Source of the DNA: an uncultured Pelagibacteraceae bacterium
GTDB taxonomy: Bacteria > Pseudomonadota > Alphaproteobacteria > Pelagibacterales > Pelagibacteraceae
Length of the DNA stretch: 64,000 nt
Assembly (NCBI GenBank): GCA_902578115.1
Contig: CACHBR010000002.1
Coordinates: 59,863-123,862 of the forward strand
Direction of reading: 5' to 3'
Position numbers and translations under genes: made by a program. Under the pieces are notes generated by a model. That model did no database searches. It had not been told where the DNA came from and saw nothing but the letters and a program-made list of their open reading frames with translations. The stretch's first letter is position 1, and each line of letters begins with the position of its first letter. Below are positions 17,815-25,591 of this stretch, piece after piece.

Positions 17815-19622
17815 TGTCAGATATAAAGAGAGTAAGAAATTTTGCGATTATCGCACATATTGATCATGGAAAGTCAACAATAGCTGACAGGATGATACAA
17901 ATTTGTGGTGGCTTATCAAAAAGAGAAATGAAAGAGCAAGTTTTAGACTCAATGGACATTGAGAGAGAAAGGGGTATTACAATTAAAGCACAAACAGTGA
18001 AACTTAATTATAAATCGAAAAATGGAAATGATTATCTCTTAAATATTATTGATACCCCAGGCCATGTTGACTTTAGTTATGAAGTAAGTAGATCGCTACT
18101 TGCTTGTGAAGGTTCAGTTCTGATTGTTGATAGTTCACAAGGTGTTGAGGCTCAAACTCTTGCAAATGTATATCAAGCACTTGACACAAATCATCATATA
18201 ATTCCTGTGCTTAACAAGATAGATCTTCCAGCATCTGATGTTGATAAAGTTAAAAAACAAATAGAAGATGTAATAGGTATAGAAACTTCTAAAGCTATCT
18301 CTTGTTCGGGAAAAACTGGAGAAGGTGTTGAAGAAATTTTAGAGACGATTGTTTCAGATTTACCTTCCCCTCAAGGCGATCAAAAGTCTAAGCTCAAATC
18401 TTTATTAGTAGATAGCTGGTATGATAGTTATTTAGGTGTTGTAATTCTTGTGCGAGTTATTGATGGAAGTATCACAAAAGGAATGAAGGTAAAACTAATG
18501 TCTACAAACCAAGAATACGAAATTGAAAAAGTTGGTGTTTTTACACCAAAGGCCAAAGATATAGATGAATTAAATTCAGGAGAAATTGGATTTATAATAA
18601 CTGGTATTAAAAGTTTATCAGAAACAAAAGTAGGAGATACAATTTGTGATGCCAAAGATCCAATTGAAAAACCGTTACCAGGTTTTAAACCCAGCAAGCC
18701 TGTTGTTTTTTGTGGCCTTTTCCCAGTTGATAGCTCAGAGTACCAAAGATTAAAAGATGGACTTGGTAAACTAAAACTTAATGACTCTAGTTTTTCTTAT
18801 GAACCAGAGTCCTCAAGTGCACTTGGTCTTGGTTTTAGATGTGGATTTCTAGGATTGCTACACTTAGAAATTATAACTCAAAGATTAACAAGAGAATTTG
18901 ATATCAATTTAATCACAACAACTCCTGGAGTTGTATACAAATTAAATAAAATTAATGGTGATGTTATAGATCTTCAAAATCCAACCATGATGCCAGATCC
19001 AACTCAAATAAAATTTATTGAGGAGCCTTGGATAAAAGCCACAATTATTACCCCAGATGAATATTTGGGATCCATAATAAAAATTTGCCAAGATAAAAGA
19101 GGTGTTCAAAAAGATTTATCTTATTCAGGAAACAGAGCAGTTCTAGTTTACGAACTACCCCTTAATGAAGTTGTTTTTGATTTTTATGATAGACTGAAAT
19201 CAATTACTAGCGGATATGCCAGTTTCGATTATGAAATTACTGGTTACAAAGAAGGTAATTTAGTAAAATTAGGAATCTTGGTAAACAATGAGCCAGTTGA
19301 TGCCCTTTCAATGATTATTCATAAAGAATTTGCACAAAATCAAGGAAGATTAGTATGTGAAAAATTAAAAGATCTTATACCTAGACACAATTTTATGATT
19401 CCCATCCAGGCTGCAATTGGAGGAAAAATTATTGCAAGGGAAAGTATAAAAGGTTTTAAAAAAGACGTTTTAACTAAAATTCATGGTGGAGGGGCAAGGG
19501 ATAGGAAGAGAAAATTATTAGAAAAACAAAAAAAGGGTAAAGCACGTTCAAAACAATTTGGTAGAGTTGAGATACCACAAGAAGCTTTTATTGGGGTTTT
19601 AAAAATCAACAAAGAAACCTAA
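17814..19622 (+). CDS. lepA: Elongation factor 4
   Basis: 602 aa. G-motifs are [17 protein letters not shown] and NKIDL. The LepA-specific C-terminal domain is present. Confidence 0.96.
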   Translation: MSDIKRVRNFAIIAHIDHGKSTIADRMIQICGGLSKREMKEQVLDSMDIERERGITIKAQTVKLNYKSKNGNDYLLNIIDTPGHVDFSYEVSRSLLACEGSVLIVDSSQGVEAQTLANVYQALDTNHHIIPVLNKIDLPASDVDKVKKQIEDVIGIETSKAISCSGKTGEGVEEILETIVSDLPSPQGDQKSKLKSLLVDSWYDSYLGVVILVRVIDGSITKGMKVKLMSTNQEYEIEKVGVFTPKAKDIDELNSGEIGFIITGIKSLSETKVGDTICDAKDPIEKPLPGFKPSKPVVFCGLFPVDSSEYQRLKDGLGKLKLNDSSFSYEPESSSALGLGFRCGFLGLLHLEIITQRLTREFDINLITTTPGVVYKLNKINGDVIDLQNPTMMPDPTQIKFIEEPWIKATIITPDEYLGSIIKICQDKRGVQKDLSYSGNRAVLVYELPLNEVVFDFYDRLKSITSGYASFDYEITGYKEGNLVKLGILVNNEPVDALSMIIHKEFAQNQGRLVCEKLKDLIPRHNFMIPIQAAIGGKIIARESIKGFKKDVLTKIHGGGARDRKRKLLEKQKKGKARSKQFGRVEIPQEAFIGVLKINKET

Positions 19623-19712
19623 GGAGAGATGGCCGAGTGGTTGAAGGCGCACGCTTGGAAAGTGTGTAAACGGGAAACCGTTTCGTGGGTTCGAATCCCA
19701 CTCTCTCCGCCA
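19623..19712 (+). tRNA. tRNA-Ser (anticodon GGA), long variable arm, CCA encoded
   Basis: It starts at the base after the lepA stop. Acceptor GGAGAGA/TCTCTCC. Anticodon arm CACGC-TTGGAAA-GTGTG. Long variable arm TAAACGGGAAACCGTTTC. T-arm GTGGG-TTCGAAT-CCCAC. Confidence 0.92.
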
Positions 19713-19716
19713 TTTT
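19650..19716 (+). repeat. Direct repeat copy 1 (att-like): 3-prime 63 nt of tRNA-Ser plus TTTT
   Basis: By my base-by-base comparison it is identical over 67 nt to 20452-20518 (cacgcttggaaagtgtgtaaacgggaaaccgtttcgtgggttcgaatcccactctctccgccatttt). Confidence 0.9.
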
Positions 19717-20451
19717 TTGAAACTTCCCACAACTAAAAATATACGTTAAGGTTATCTCTGCCGTCACTGTGCCGTCGGCAGTTATGAAAAAAAAAATTAA
19801 AGAAATCGAAGCACTACAAGATGATATAAGAAACCTCAAAAAAACTTTTGATAATTATGACAATGAAGTAAACAAACTTCAAAAAATAACAAGTAATTCA
19901 ATTAAAAGATCTAATCTCGAGCTCATCGTATTTGCCACTAAGCAGTTGAAAGATGCAATTGAATTTGGTTTTCAAAAAAATGTTGCAAGTCGAAGTCTTA
20001 ATATTACCTTAAACCATCATTGGCAAGCCAAAGAGGTTGGAGCTCATATTGGATGGCACAAAGAAAAATTTACTCACTCATTACTTGCGAAAAGAGAATT
20101 TAAAAAACTTGGTAAAAAATCTAAATTAATCATGGAGCATGTCGTTCCAATGAATATAATCATAGATATGTTGCTTACCCTTGAACCATTAAACGAGACA
20201 AATGTTAAGAAAATTTTGTCTAAATTTTGGAAAGTAATAAGGATAACTAAAAGTGAAGATTTAAAATTGAACAAATTAGGCTTAAATAGGAAAATGCCAA
20301 AAGACTGGGATGGAAAAGACCCCTTTGCTAGATACAAAAAAGCAAAAATAGAATTTTGACTCCGCTCTGCCGTCGCCAACTCTAAATTTATACTTTTTGA
20401 ATAAAAATTCTTTAATGATACCAACAAAAATTTAAGCCTTAGTTCAAAGCA
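19717..20451. mobile_element. Putative remnant or minimal integrated element (735 bp, one ORF, no recombinase) between tRNA-Ser-derived direct repeats
   Basis: It is bracketed by the 67-bp perfect repeats. The layout matches an attL (intact tRNA) and attR (displaced 3-prime tRNA fragment) arrangement. No integrase is seen anywhere in the window. Confidence 0.5.
19784..20359 (+). CDS. Hypothetical protein (191 aa from the ATG): N-terminal coiled-coil-like region and a C-terminal EHVVP...N motif reminiscent of His-Me finger (HNH/DUF1524-like) nucleases
   Basis: It is the only long ORF in the insert. The track starts it at GTG 19769, but I prefer ATG 19784 (MKKKIKEIEALQDD...). The motifs are LIMEHVVPMN and, 30 aa later, IRITKSEDLKLNKLGLN. 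The functional call is pattern-based only. Confidence 0.6.
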   Translation: MKKKIKEIEALQDDIRNLKKTFDNYDNEVNKLQKITSNSIKRSNLELIVFATKQLKDAIEFGFQKNVASRSLNITLNHHWQAKEVGAHIGWHKEKFTHSLLAKREFKKLGKKSKLIMEHVVPMNIIIDMLLTLEPLNETNVKKILSKFWKVIRITKSEDLKLNKLGLNRKMPKDWDGKDPFARYKKAKIEF

Positions 20452-20518
20452 CACGCTTGGAAAGTGTGTAAACGGGAAACCGTTTCGTGGGTTCGAATCC
20501 CACTCTCTCCGCCATTTT
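20452..20518 (+). repeat. Direct repeat copy 2: orphan 3-prime fragment of tRNA-Ser (not a functional tRNA)
   Basis: It is identical to 19650-19716 but lacks the acceptor 5-prime strand and the D-arm. It ends 10 nt from the stop of the convergent methyltransferase gene. Confidence 0.9.
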
Positions 20519-20528
20519 AAATAATTCG

Positions 20529-21446
20529 TTACTTTGATATCAATAGTCGATTGATCGGCATTGAAAAACGACCTTGTCTTTCAGGATCTCTACTCTGTTT
20601 TGATACCGCCAGAAGATTAGATAACTCAGAAAGTAATATCCCACGAGTCTCTGGTGGTAAGATGAATGAAGCATAAAAAAATCCTGCGGTAGTTTCGGCC
20701 ACTTCAGTAACGGGTCCTTCCATGGATACCACGCTAGTTTTGATATTAATATTAGCATCTGGAAAAGCCTCACTTAAAAGATTTTTTGAGCTATCTGTAC
20801 TACGTATTCTTGGATCACCTAAATCAATCTCGCCATACTTTGGTAGCTTAGCTTGTACGTATTCATAGATTAAATTGTATACATCATTATATCCTGGCGC
20901 TGCATCCATAGGTCCATTGACCAATGCTGCAAACTTTCCACCTGTGGACAGTACACGACGGATTTCATTTAACACTGGAGTAATTGGGTTCATTAATGTC
21001 AAAGCCCAATGGCACAGCACAACGTCTACTGAGTTATCATCAATAGCCGTCAAATTTTGTGCTTTTAACTCAAAAAGATCAACAGAACCTTTTGGTAGAC
21101 GCGCCTTAGCCAGTTCTAATTCTTCAGGACTTATATCCGCTCCTTTTAATTTGAAGTTTTTATTACGATCGTATAAGATTTTTAGTAATGGTCCTGATCC
21201 ACAAGCAAGATCCAGCACACGGATACCATCAACATTAGGCACAATTTCAGCTAACCATTCGTAACTATTGCGTCCAGCCTTGTCGCGGCAAGAACTCGCA
21301 CACTTTTCTGTGAAACCCGCATTATTTCGATGAACAGTTCTTAGATGGGCGAGTAGCGCTTTACTATCTGGCTGTTGATTGTTAGCAAGACTTTCAGTCC
21401 AGGTCGAGTTAAGAACCGCCTGATTATTTTTATTTTTATTTGTCAT
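20529..21446 (-). CDS. Class I SAM-dependent methyltransferase, unknown substrate
   Basis: 305 aa. Motif I is RVLDLACGSGP, motif II-like is VDVVLCHWAL and a post-I acidic residue is present (GADIS). It overlaps the upstream PhyH gene by 11 nt. Confidence 0.85.
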   Translation of the reverse strand: MTNKNKNNQAVLNSTWTESLANNQQPDSKALLAHLRTVHRNNAGFTEKCASSCRDKAGRNSYEWLAEIVPNVDGIRVLDLACGSGPLLKILYDRNKNFKLKGADISPEELELAKARLPKGSVDLFELKAQNLTAIDDNSVDVVLCHWALTLMNPITPVLNEIRRVLSTGGKFAALVNGPMDAAPGYNDVYNLIYEYVQAKLPKYGEIDLGDPRIRSTDSSKNLLSEAFPDANINIKTSVVSMEGPVTEVAETTAGFFYASFILPPETRGILLSELSNLLAVSKQSRDPERQGRFSMPINRLLISK

Positions 21447-22431
21447 CTACTGGCCAGCAAATTGGATTTAGTGGACTAGCTGCTACGTCGCCAGGATTTA
21501 CATTTGGCATGAATTTTTGCCAGTCACCAGAAACCATTGTAGGATTATTTATTACTCGTGCCCCATCCCTAAAATAAGTATTTGCTAAAGCTACTCGGCT
21601 TCGATTAGTTCGGTTTCGTGACGCAGTATGAAAATTTAAATTGTGATGAAAGCTAACTTCACCTAACTCAAATGGTGTTTCATTCACAGTCACACCATTT
21701 TTTCTAAAAACTTCTGATACTCCACGGTCATAACCAGTACCGGTTTTTTCAAAAGTTACAGCATTAACTAGATTATGCACGTCAAGTGGATAAGCGAAAG
21801 AAAGTGGCCCCATTTCAATCGGAGTTGGTTGTGCTGGTACCCAAGCAGTAACTACATCATTGGTATCTAATGGAAAATGATGGTCATCAAAATGCCATGG
21901 TGTTCTTCCACATCCAGCTTGTTTTGCTAAAACGTTATCATGGTAAAGTCTAACCGAAGGAACACCAAGTAGATCCGCTGAAATTTGTCCAAGACGTGGT
22001 GATAATACGTATGCACGTAAAAGTTTGTTTTTAGGCCAGATCATTTCAAGGCTAAGAAACCGGTCATGCGCCTGTGTGTCAGGATCAACATTAAATTCTT
22101 TTTTTAATAGGCTGATCAACTCAGCTCTAAGTTTAAGTATAACACCAGGTGAGAAAACTTTTTTTAGTTTAATAAAACCGTTTTTTCTAAAGAAATTAAT
22201 TTGTTCATTTTTCAATGGGTAAACCTCGGTCAGTTCAAAAACAACCTCATCATCAGTTGGGATTGCAACATTCGGTAAAGGTTCGGCGTTTATTATTGGA
22301 TCCTTTTTTTTGTCATTATCTGCAAGACCAACATACCAGTCCCACCAGGCTTGATTATCTTTATCCCATGGCTTACTAATATCCGCAGCATCAGATATTT
22401 TTGAATTTATCTTGTCTCGAGATGTTTTCAT
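21436..22431 (-). CDS. Fe(II)/2-oxoglutarate dioxygenase of the phytanoyl-CoA dioxygenase (PhyH) family
   Basis: 331 aa. The HxD facial-triad region is TPWHFDDHHFP, and the distal His/Arg region is FHHNLNFHTASRNRTNRSR. This arrangement is PhyH-like. Confidence 0.8.
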   Translation of the reverse strand: MKTSRDKINSKISDAADISKPWDKDNQAWWDWYVGLADNDKKKDPIINAEPLPNVAIPTDDEVVFELTEVYPLKNEQINFFRKNGFIKLKKVFSPGVILKLRAELISLLKKEFNVDPDTQAHDRFLSLEMIWPKNKLLRAYVLSPRLGQISADLLGVPSVRLYHDNVLAKQAGCGRTPWHFDDHHFPLDTNDVVTAWVPAQPTPIEMGPLSFAYPLDVHNLVNAVTFEKTGTGYDRGVSEVFRKNGVTVNETPFELGEVSFHHNLNFHTASRNRTNRSRVALANTYFRDGARVINNPTMVSGDWQKFMPNVNPGDVAASPLNPICWPVDDK

Positions 22432-22544
22432 ATAAATAATCTATACTGTTTTTTTAAATTAGTAAGTACACTTTTTGACCATTTTTAAGAATCTTACTCT
22501 CCGTCATAACTTTTTGATATAGTAAACGAATCGAAAGGAGAACA

Positions 22545-22604
22545 ATGAGCGGTTGGGAAATTTTGGCAGTAGTTTATATAATTTATTATATTTCAAGTAA
22601 CTAA
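22545..22604 (+). CDS. Candidate 19-aa hydrophobic micropeptide
   Basis: AAGGAG (22535-22540) lies 4 nt upstream of the ATG. The peptide is MSGWEILAVVYIIYYISSN. The only support is the Shine-Dalgarno motif, which is rare in this window. Confidence 0.2.
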   Translation: MSGWEILAVVYIIYYISSN

Positions 22605-22606
22605 GT

Positions 22607-23386
22607 TTAACTTTTTACTTTTAATATAATCTGATTTGAAATCGACTTGATCTCAATATTTGGATCAGCATGAATAATGGGCATGATTCCTCCAATAGGA
22701 TTTTCATCAATTTTTTCATAATAGTCCCATATAAAATCATCTAGTATAATAATTCCATTATTATTGATAAACTTTATGCTGTTTATCAAATCTTTCTTAA
22801 CATCAAGGTAATGATGTGAACCGTCAATATAAATTAAATCAAATTTTTTTTTATTTTTTTTAAAAAACTCATTTGAAGTTATTCGATTTATACTTATACG
22901 ATCAGAGAAATTAAAAGAATTTTTTTTAAATCTCTCAAATACGTTTTCCATGTTCGAGTCTTTAACAACAGAATTAACTTCGTTATATTCAATATAGGGA
23001 TCAACTACTGTTATTTTGAAATTTTTAAAGTTTTCACAAATATGAATTGTAGATCTTCCCTCATACGTACCAATTTCAAGGTACTCGATTTTTTCTTTAT
23101 TAAAAAATGTTTGCTTTAATACTGTATCCCAAATCGGTATATTTGGAGAAAACCAGTCGATGTCTGTAAAATTATATTTTTTTTGATAATAATTTTTTTG
23201 ATTTTCAAGAGATGACTTTTGTTTTTTTTTAATTATTTCTGATTTTAAAAGATACATTATAAATTGTAATTTATTAATCTTAACTTTCGAAACTTTTAAA
23301 TATTCAGAAATAAAATTAAATTTTCGGTAAGCACCTTTAATTACACCAATTCTTAATAGATAAATTAAATTTTTTATTAAAAACAT
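22607..23386 (-). CDS. Class I SAM-dependent methyltransferase (Methyltransf_24 / TylF-like O-methyltransferase type)
   Basis: 259 aa. It contains YLEIGTYEGRST (motif I-like), ITVVDP, FDLIYIDGSHHY and GIIILDDF. Confidence 0.7.
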   Translation of the reverse strand: MFLIKNLIYLLRIGVIKGAYRKFNFISEYLKVSKVKINKLQFIMYLLKSEIIKKKQKSSLENQKNYYQKKYNFTDIDWFSPNIPIWDTVLKQTFFNKEKIEYLEIGTYEGRSTIHICENFKNFKITVVDPYIEYNEVNSVVKDSNMENVFERFKKNSFNFSDRISINRITSNEFFKKNKKKFDLIYIDGSHHYLDVKKDLINSIKFINNNGIIILDDFIWDYYEKIDENPIGGIMPIIHADPNIEIKSISNQIILKVKS

Positions 23387-23462
23387 TTAGTTAAAATAAA
23401 TATTTATCACCAAGATAAAATAAAAAACCAAGAGCTATACCATATAATATATAGCGCAACAT

Positions 23463-24206
23463 CTATATCCTCCTAACACTTGTTACATCTAAATCGGCAG
23501 TTCTTTTAATTCTATTTATTGTTTTTTTTATATCCATAACTACCACTTTTTTTAATGGCCCATAAGCATGTATTAATTTATTTTTTGATAAAGCTACAGC
23601 TACGTGACCTTTCCAGAATATAATATCATTTTTTTTTATATTTTTGATATTTATTCTTTTCTTAAAATATTTTTCTTGGTCTTTCGAGTCTCTTGGACAA
23701 AATTTATTATTTTGATTTAAACACACTTGAACTAATGCAGAACAGTCAATACCTTTATAACTCTTACCACCCCATAAGTATCTTGTATTTTTAAAAATTT
23801 GAATATCTTTAAAAATATTTTTATTTTTTATATTAATTTTTAGAATATCAGAATTTTTTATCCAATATTTATCAAATTTGCTAAATTTTCCAGATCTTTT
23901 AAATATTTTTATTCGTGAGTCGTAAGGTAGGAATTTTTTAAGTTTATTTCTTAAACTTGGCTTATTGTAAAGTCTTGCTTTTAAAACTGAAACTTTAAAA
24001 TTTGCCTTTATAGGATCAGAAAAATTTCCATTCTTAATAAAGCCTATATAACCATCTTTTTTAATTTTAATCTTTGAAAAACCTTTTAGTTTCTTATTAA
24101 CTTTAAAATTATCTCCGAAGAGTAATTGGGTATCAATTTTAGAATTTAAACTCTTTTTCTTGTAAAGGTTAACTATAGGAAAATTATTTCTAAAACTATT
24201 TTTCAC
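23463..24206 (-). CDS. NlpC/P60 (C40) family peptidoglycan peptidase with an N-terminal SH3-like region
   Basis: 247 aa. The catalytic Cys context is YLWGGKSYKGIDCSALVQ, with His in WKGHVAVAL. It overlaps the ampG 3-prime end by 11 nt. Confidence 0.85.
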   Translation of the reverse strand: MKNSFRNNFPIVNLYKKKSLNSKIDTQLLFGDNFKVNKKLKGFSKIKIKKDGYIGFIKNGNFSDPIKANFKVSVLKARLYNKPSLRNKLKKFLPYDSRIKIFKRSGKFSKFDKYWIKNSDILKINIKNKNIFKDIQIFKNTRYLWGGKSYKGIDCSALVQVCLNQNNKFCPRDSKDQEKYFKKRINIKNIKKNDIIFWKGHVAVALSKNKLIHAYGPLKKVVVMDIKKTINRIKRTADLDVTSVRRI

Positions 24207-25575
24207 TTAATTTGATATCTTTTTTTATTACATAAAGAAAAATTAAAGAAGGTATAACCATAACTGCGGTTAGTATAAAGAATATTCCCCAGTCTCCATT
24301 TAACCAATCTACCATAGCACCTGACGAGGCAGCCAAAGTGGTTCTACCCGCTGTTCCAATAGATGCAAGAAGAGCATACTGTGTTGCAGTGTAAGTTCTG
24401 TCTACTAACATTGAAATAAAAGCTACAAAGGCGACAGTAGCGAATGCTGCAGCCATATCATCGAAAATGACAGCTATTGCAAATAACAATTCAGATTTTC
24501 CTGACCACGCTAGTAGAGAAAATAATAAATTTGTTGATGCCATCAATATTCCAGATAAAAACATAGCCTTAATTACACCAGATCTAATTGCAAATAATCC
24601 ACCTAAAAGAGTAAAAATAACAGTAGTAATCCAACCCAAACCTTTAGAATAAATCGCGATATCAGTTTTAGAGAAACCAATTTCTTTATAAAATATTATT
24701 GACATTCGCCCAAGAAAAGCCTCACCAATTTTAAAAAGAAACACAAAGCAAAGTATTCCTAAAGCAATTTTAAAACCATTTTTCTTGAAAAAGCTAACAA
24801 TTGGTCCAGCAACTGTTCCACTTATCCAGGATATAATTTTTGTTAGAATATTTGAACGACCTAATTTATTTTGTATATTTTCGTCTGTTTTTTTTTGTGC
24901 TTCAAATCTTTCATTTTTTTGTTTTTCGTGAACAAACATTAAAGCTATGTTGCAAGCAATAATGATAATCCCAAGAATTAAAAAAGTAATTTGCCAATAA
25001 TTTTCAAAACCTAATTTTTGAAGGTATTCTGCTGAATTTAATGCAACTACTCCACCAAGTTTGTATCCAGTCCACCAACCAACTACTGCAATAGCAGCCC
25101 CAGCCTGCATTGATTTGCCTTCATTTTCTCCAATCTGCTCAATTCTTAGAGCATCCACAGTTATATCTTGAGTTGCAGAAGCTACAGCAATAATTAAACC
25201 TATAGTGATGACTAATGCTAAGTTTTTAGTTGGGTCAACAAAATTCCAAAAAATCAAACTTAGAAGAATAATTAGTTGCATAATAATTATCCAACTTCGA
25301 CGATGACCAACTTTATTTGTTAACCAAGGTATTTTTATTCGATCAATTAATGGAGCCCACAAATAATTAAATGCGTAAACTGCAAATATCAATCCAGCCC
25401 ATCCAATAGTACTTCTGCTAAGTCCTTCCTCTTTTAACCAGAGACTTAAACTACTTCCTATAATTACCCACGGAAAACCACTTATCGAACCTAATAAAAG
25501 AATACGAAGCATTCTTTTATCAAAATAAATTTTAAAAGAGTCTTTAAATGACTGTTTTTGATAAATTTCCATCAC
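24196..25575 (-). CDS. ampG: AmpG-family MFS muropeptide permease
   Basis: 459 aa with about 12-14 TM segments. The N-terminus is AmpG-like (RILLLGSISGFPWVIIGSSLSLWLKEEGLSRSTIG). Confidence 0.85.
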   Translation of the reverse strand: MMEIYQKQSFKDSFKIYFDKRMLRILLLGSISGFPWVIIGSSLSLWLKEEGLSRSTIGWAGLIFAVYAFNYLWAPLIDRIKIPWLTNKVGHRRSWIIIMQLIILLSLIFWNFVDPTKNLALVITIGLIIAVASATQDITVDALRIEQIGENEGKSMQAGAAIAVVGWWTGYKLGGVVALNSAEYLQKLGFENYWQITFLILGIIIIACNIALMFVHEKQKNERFEAQKKTDENIQNKLGRSNILTKIISWISGTVAGPIVSFFKKNGFKIALGILCFVFLFKIGEAFLGRMSIIFYKEIGFSKTDIAIYSKGLGWITTVIFTLLGGLFAIRSGVIKAMFLSGILMASTNLLFSLLAWSGKSELLFAIAVIFDDMAAAFATVAFVAFISMLVDRTYTATQYALLASIGTAGRTTLAASSGAMVDWLNGDWGIFFILTAVMVIPSLIFLYVIKKDIKLSEK

Positions 25576-25591
25576 TTTATTATAGATTAGT

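Noticed and set aside
19606-19839. A 77-aa minus-strand ORF spanning the lepA end, tRNA-Ser and the start of the insert.
   Set aside because: It is read through the reverse complement of a canonical tRNA-Ser and therefore owes its openness to tRNA sequence. It has no start context or motif.
20074-20454. A 126-aa minus-strand ORF antisense to the insert ORF, running up to the orphan tRNA fragment.
   Set aside because: It overlaps the longer plus-strand ORF almost completely. It is leucine/phenylalanine-rich and low in complexity, and has no SD. I cannot fully exclude it, but the plus-strand ORF has the better start context and motifs.
20540-22222. Off-frame or antisense ORFs inside the methyltransferase and PhyH genes (20540-20773 minus, 20875-21264 plus, 22025-22222 plus).
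   Set aside because: They are shadow ORFs, favoured by the locally higher GC, which means fewer random stops. The annotated frames carry the SAM-binding and HxD motifs.
20529-22431. My first impression was that the MT/PhyH operon is strongly GC-foreign.
   Set aside because: Hand counts gave about 40% GC, against about 36% for lines from conserved housekeeping genes such as thrS and yidC. The contrast is large only against the AT-richest accessory genes. I kept it as a modest, unproven signal rather than a firm horizontal-transfer call.
23391-23462. A 23-aa hydrophobic ORF (MLRYILYGIALGFLFYLGDKYLF) exactly filling the gap between the P60 gene and the methyltransferase gene.
   Set aside because: A 24-codon open frame has more than a 10% chance expectation in this composition, and no SD is present. 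I noted it only as evidence of tight spacing, not as a gene.
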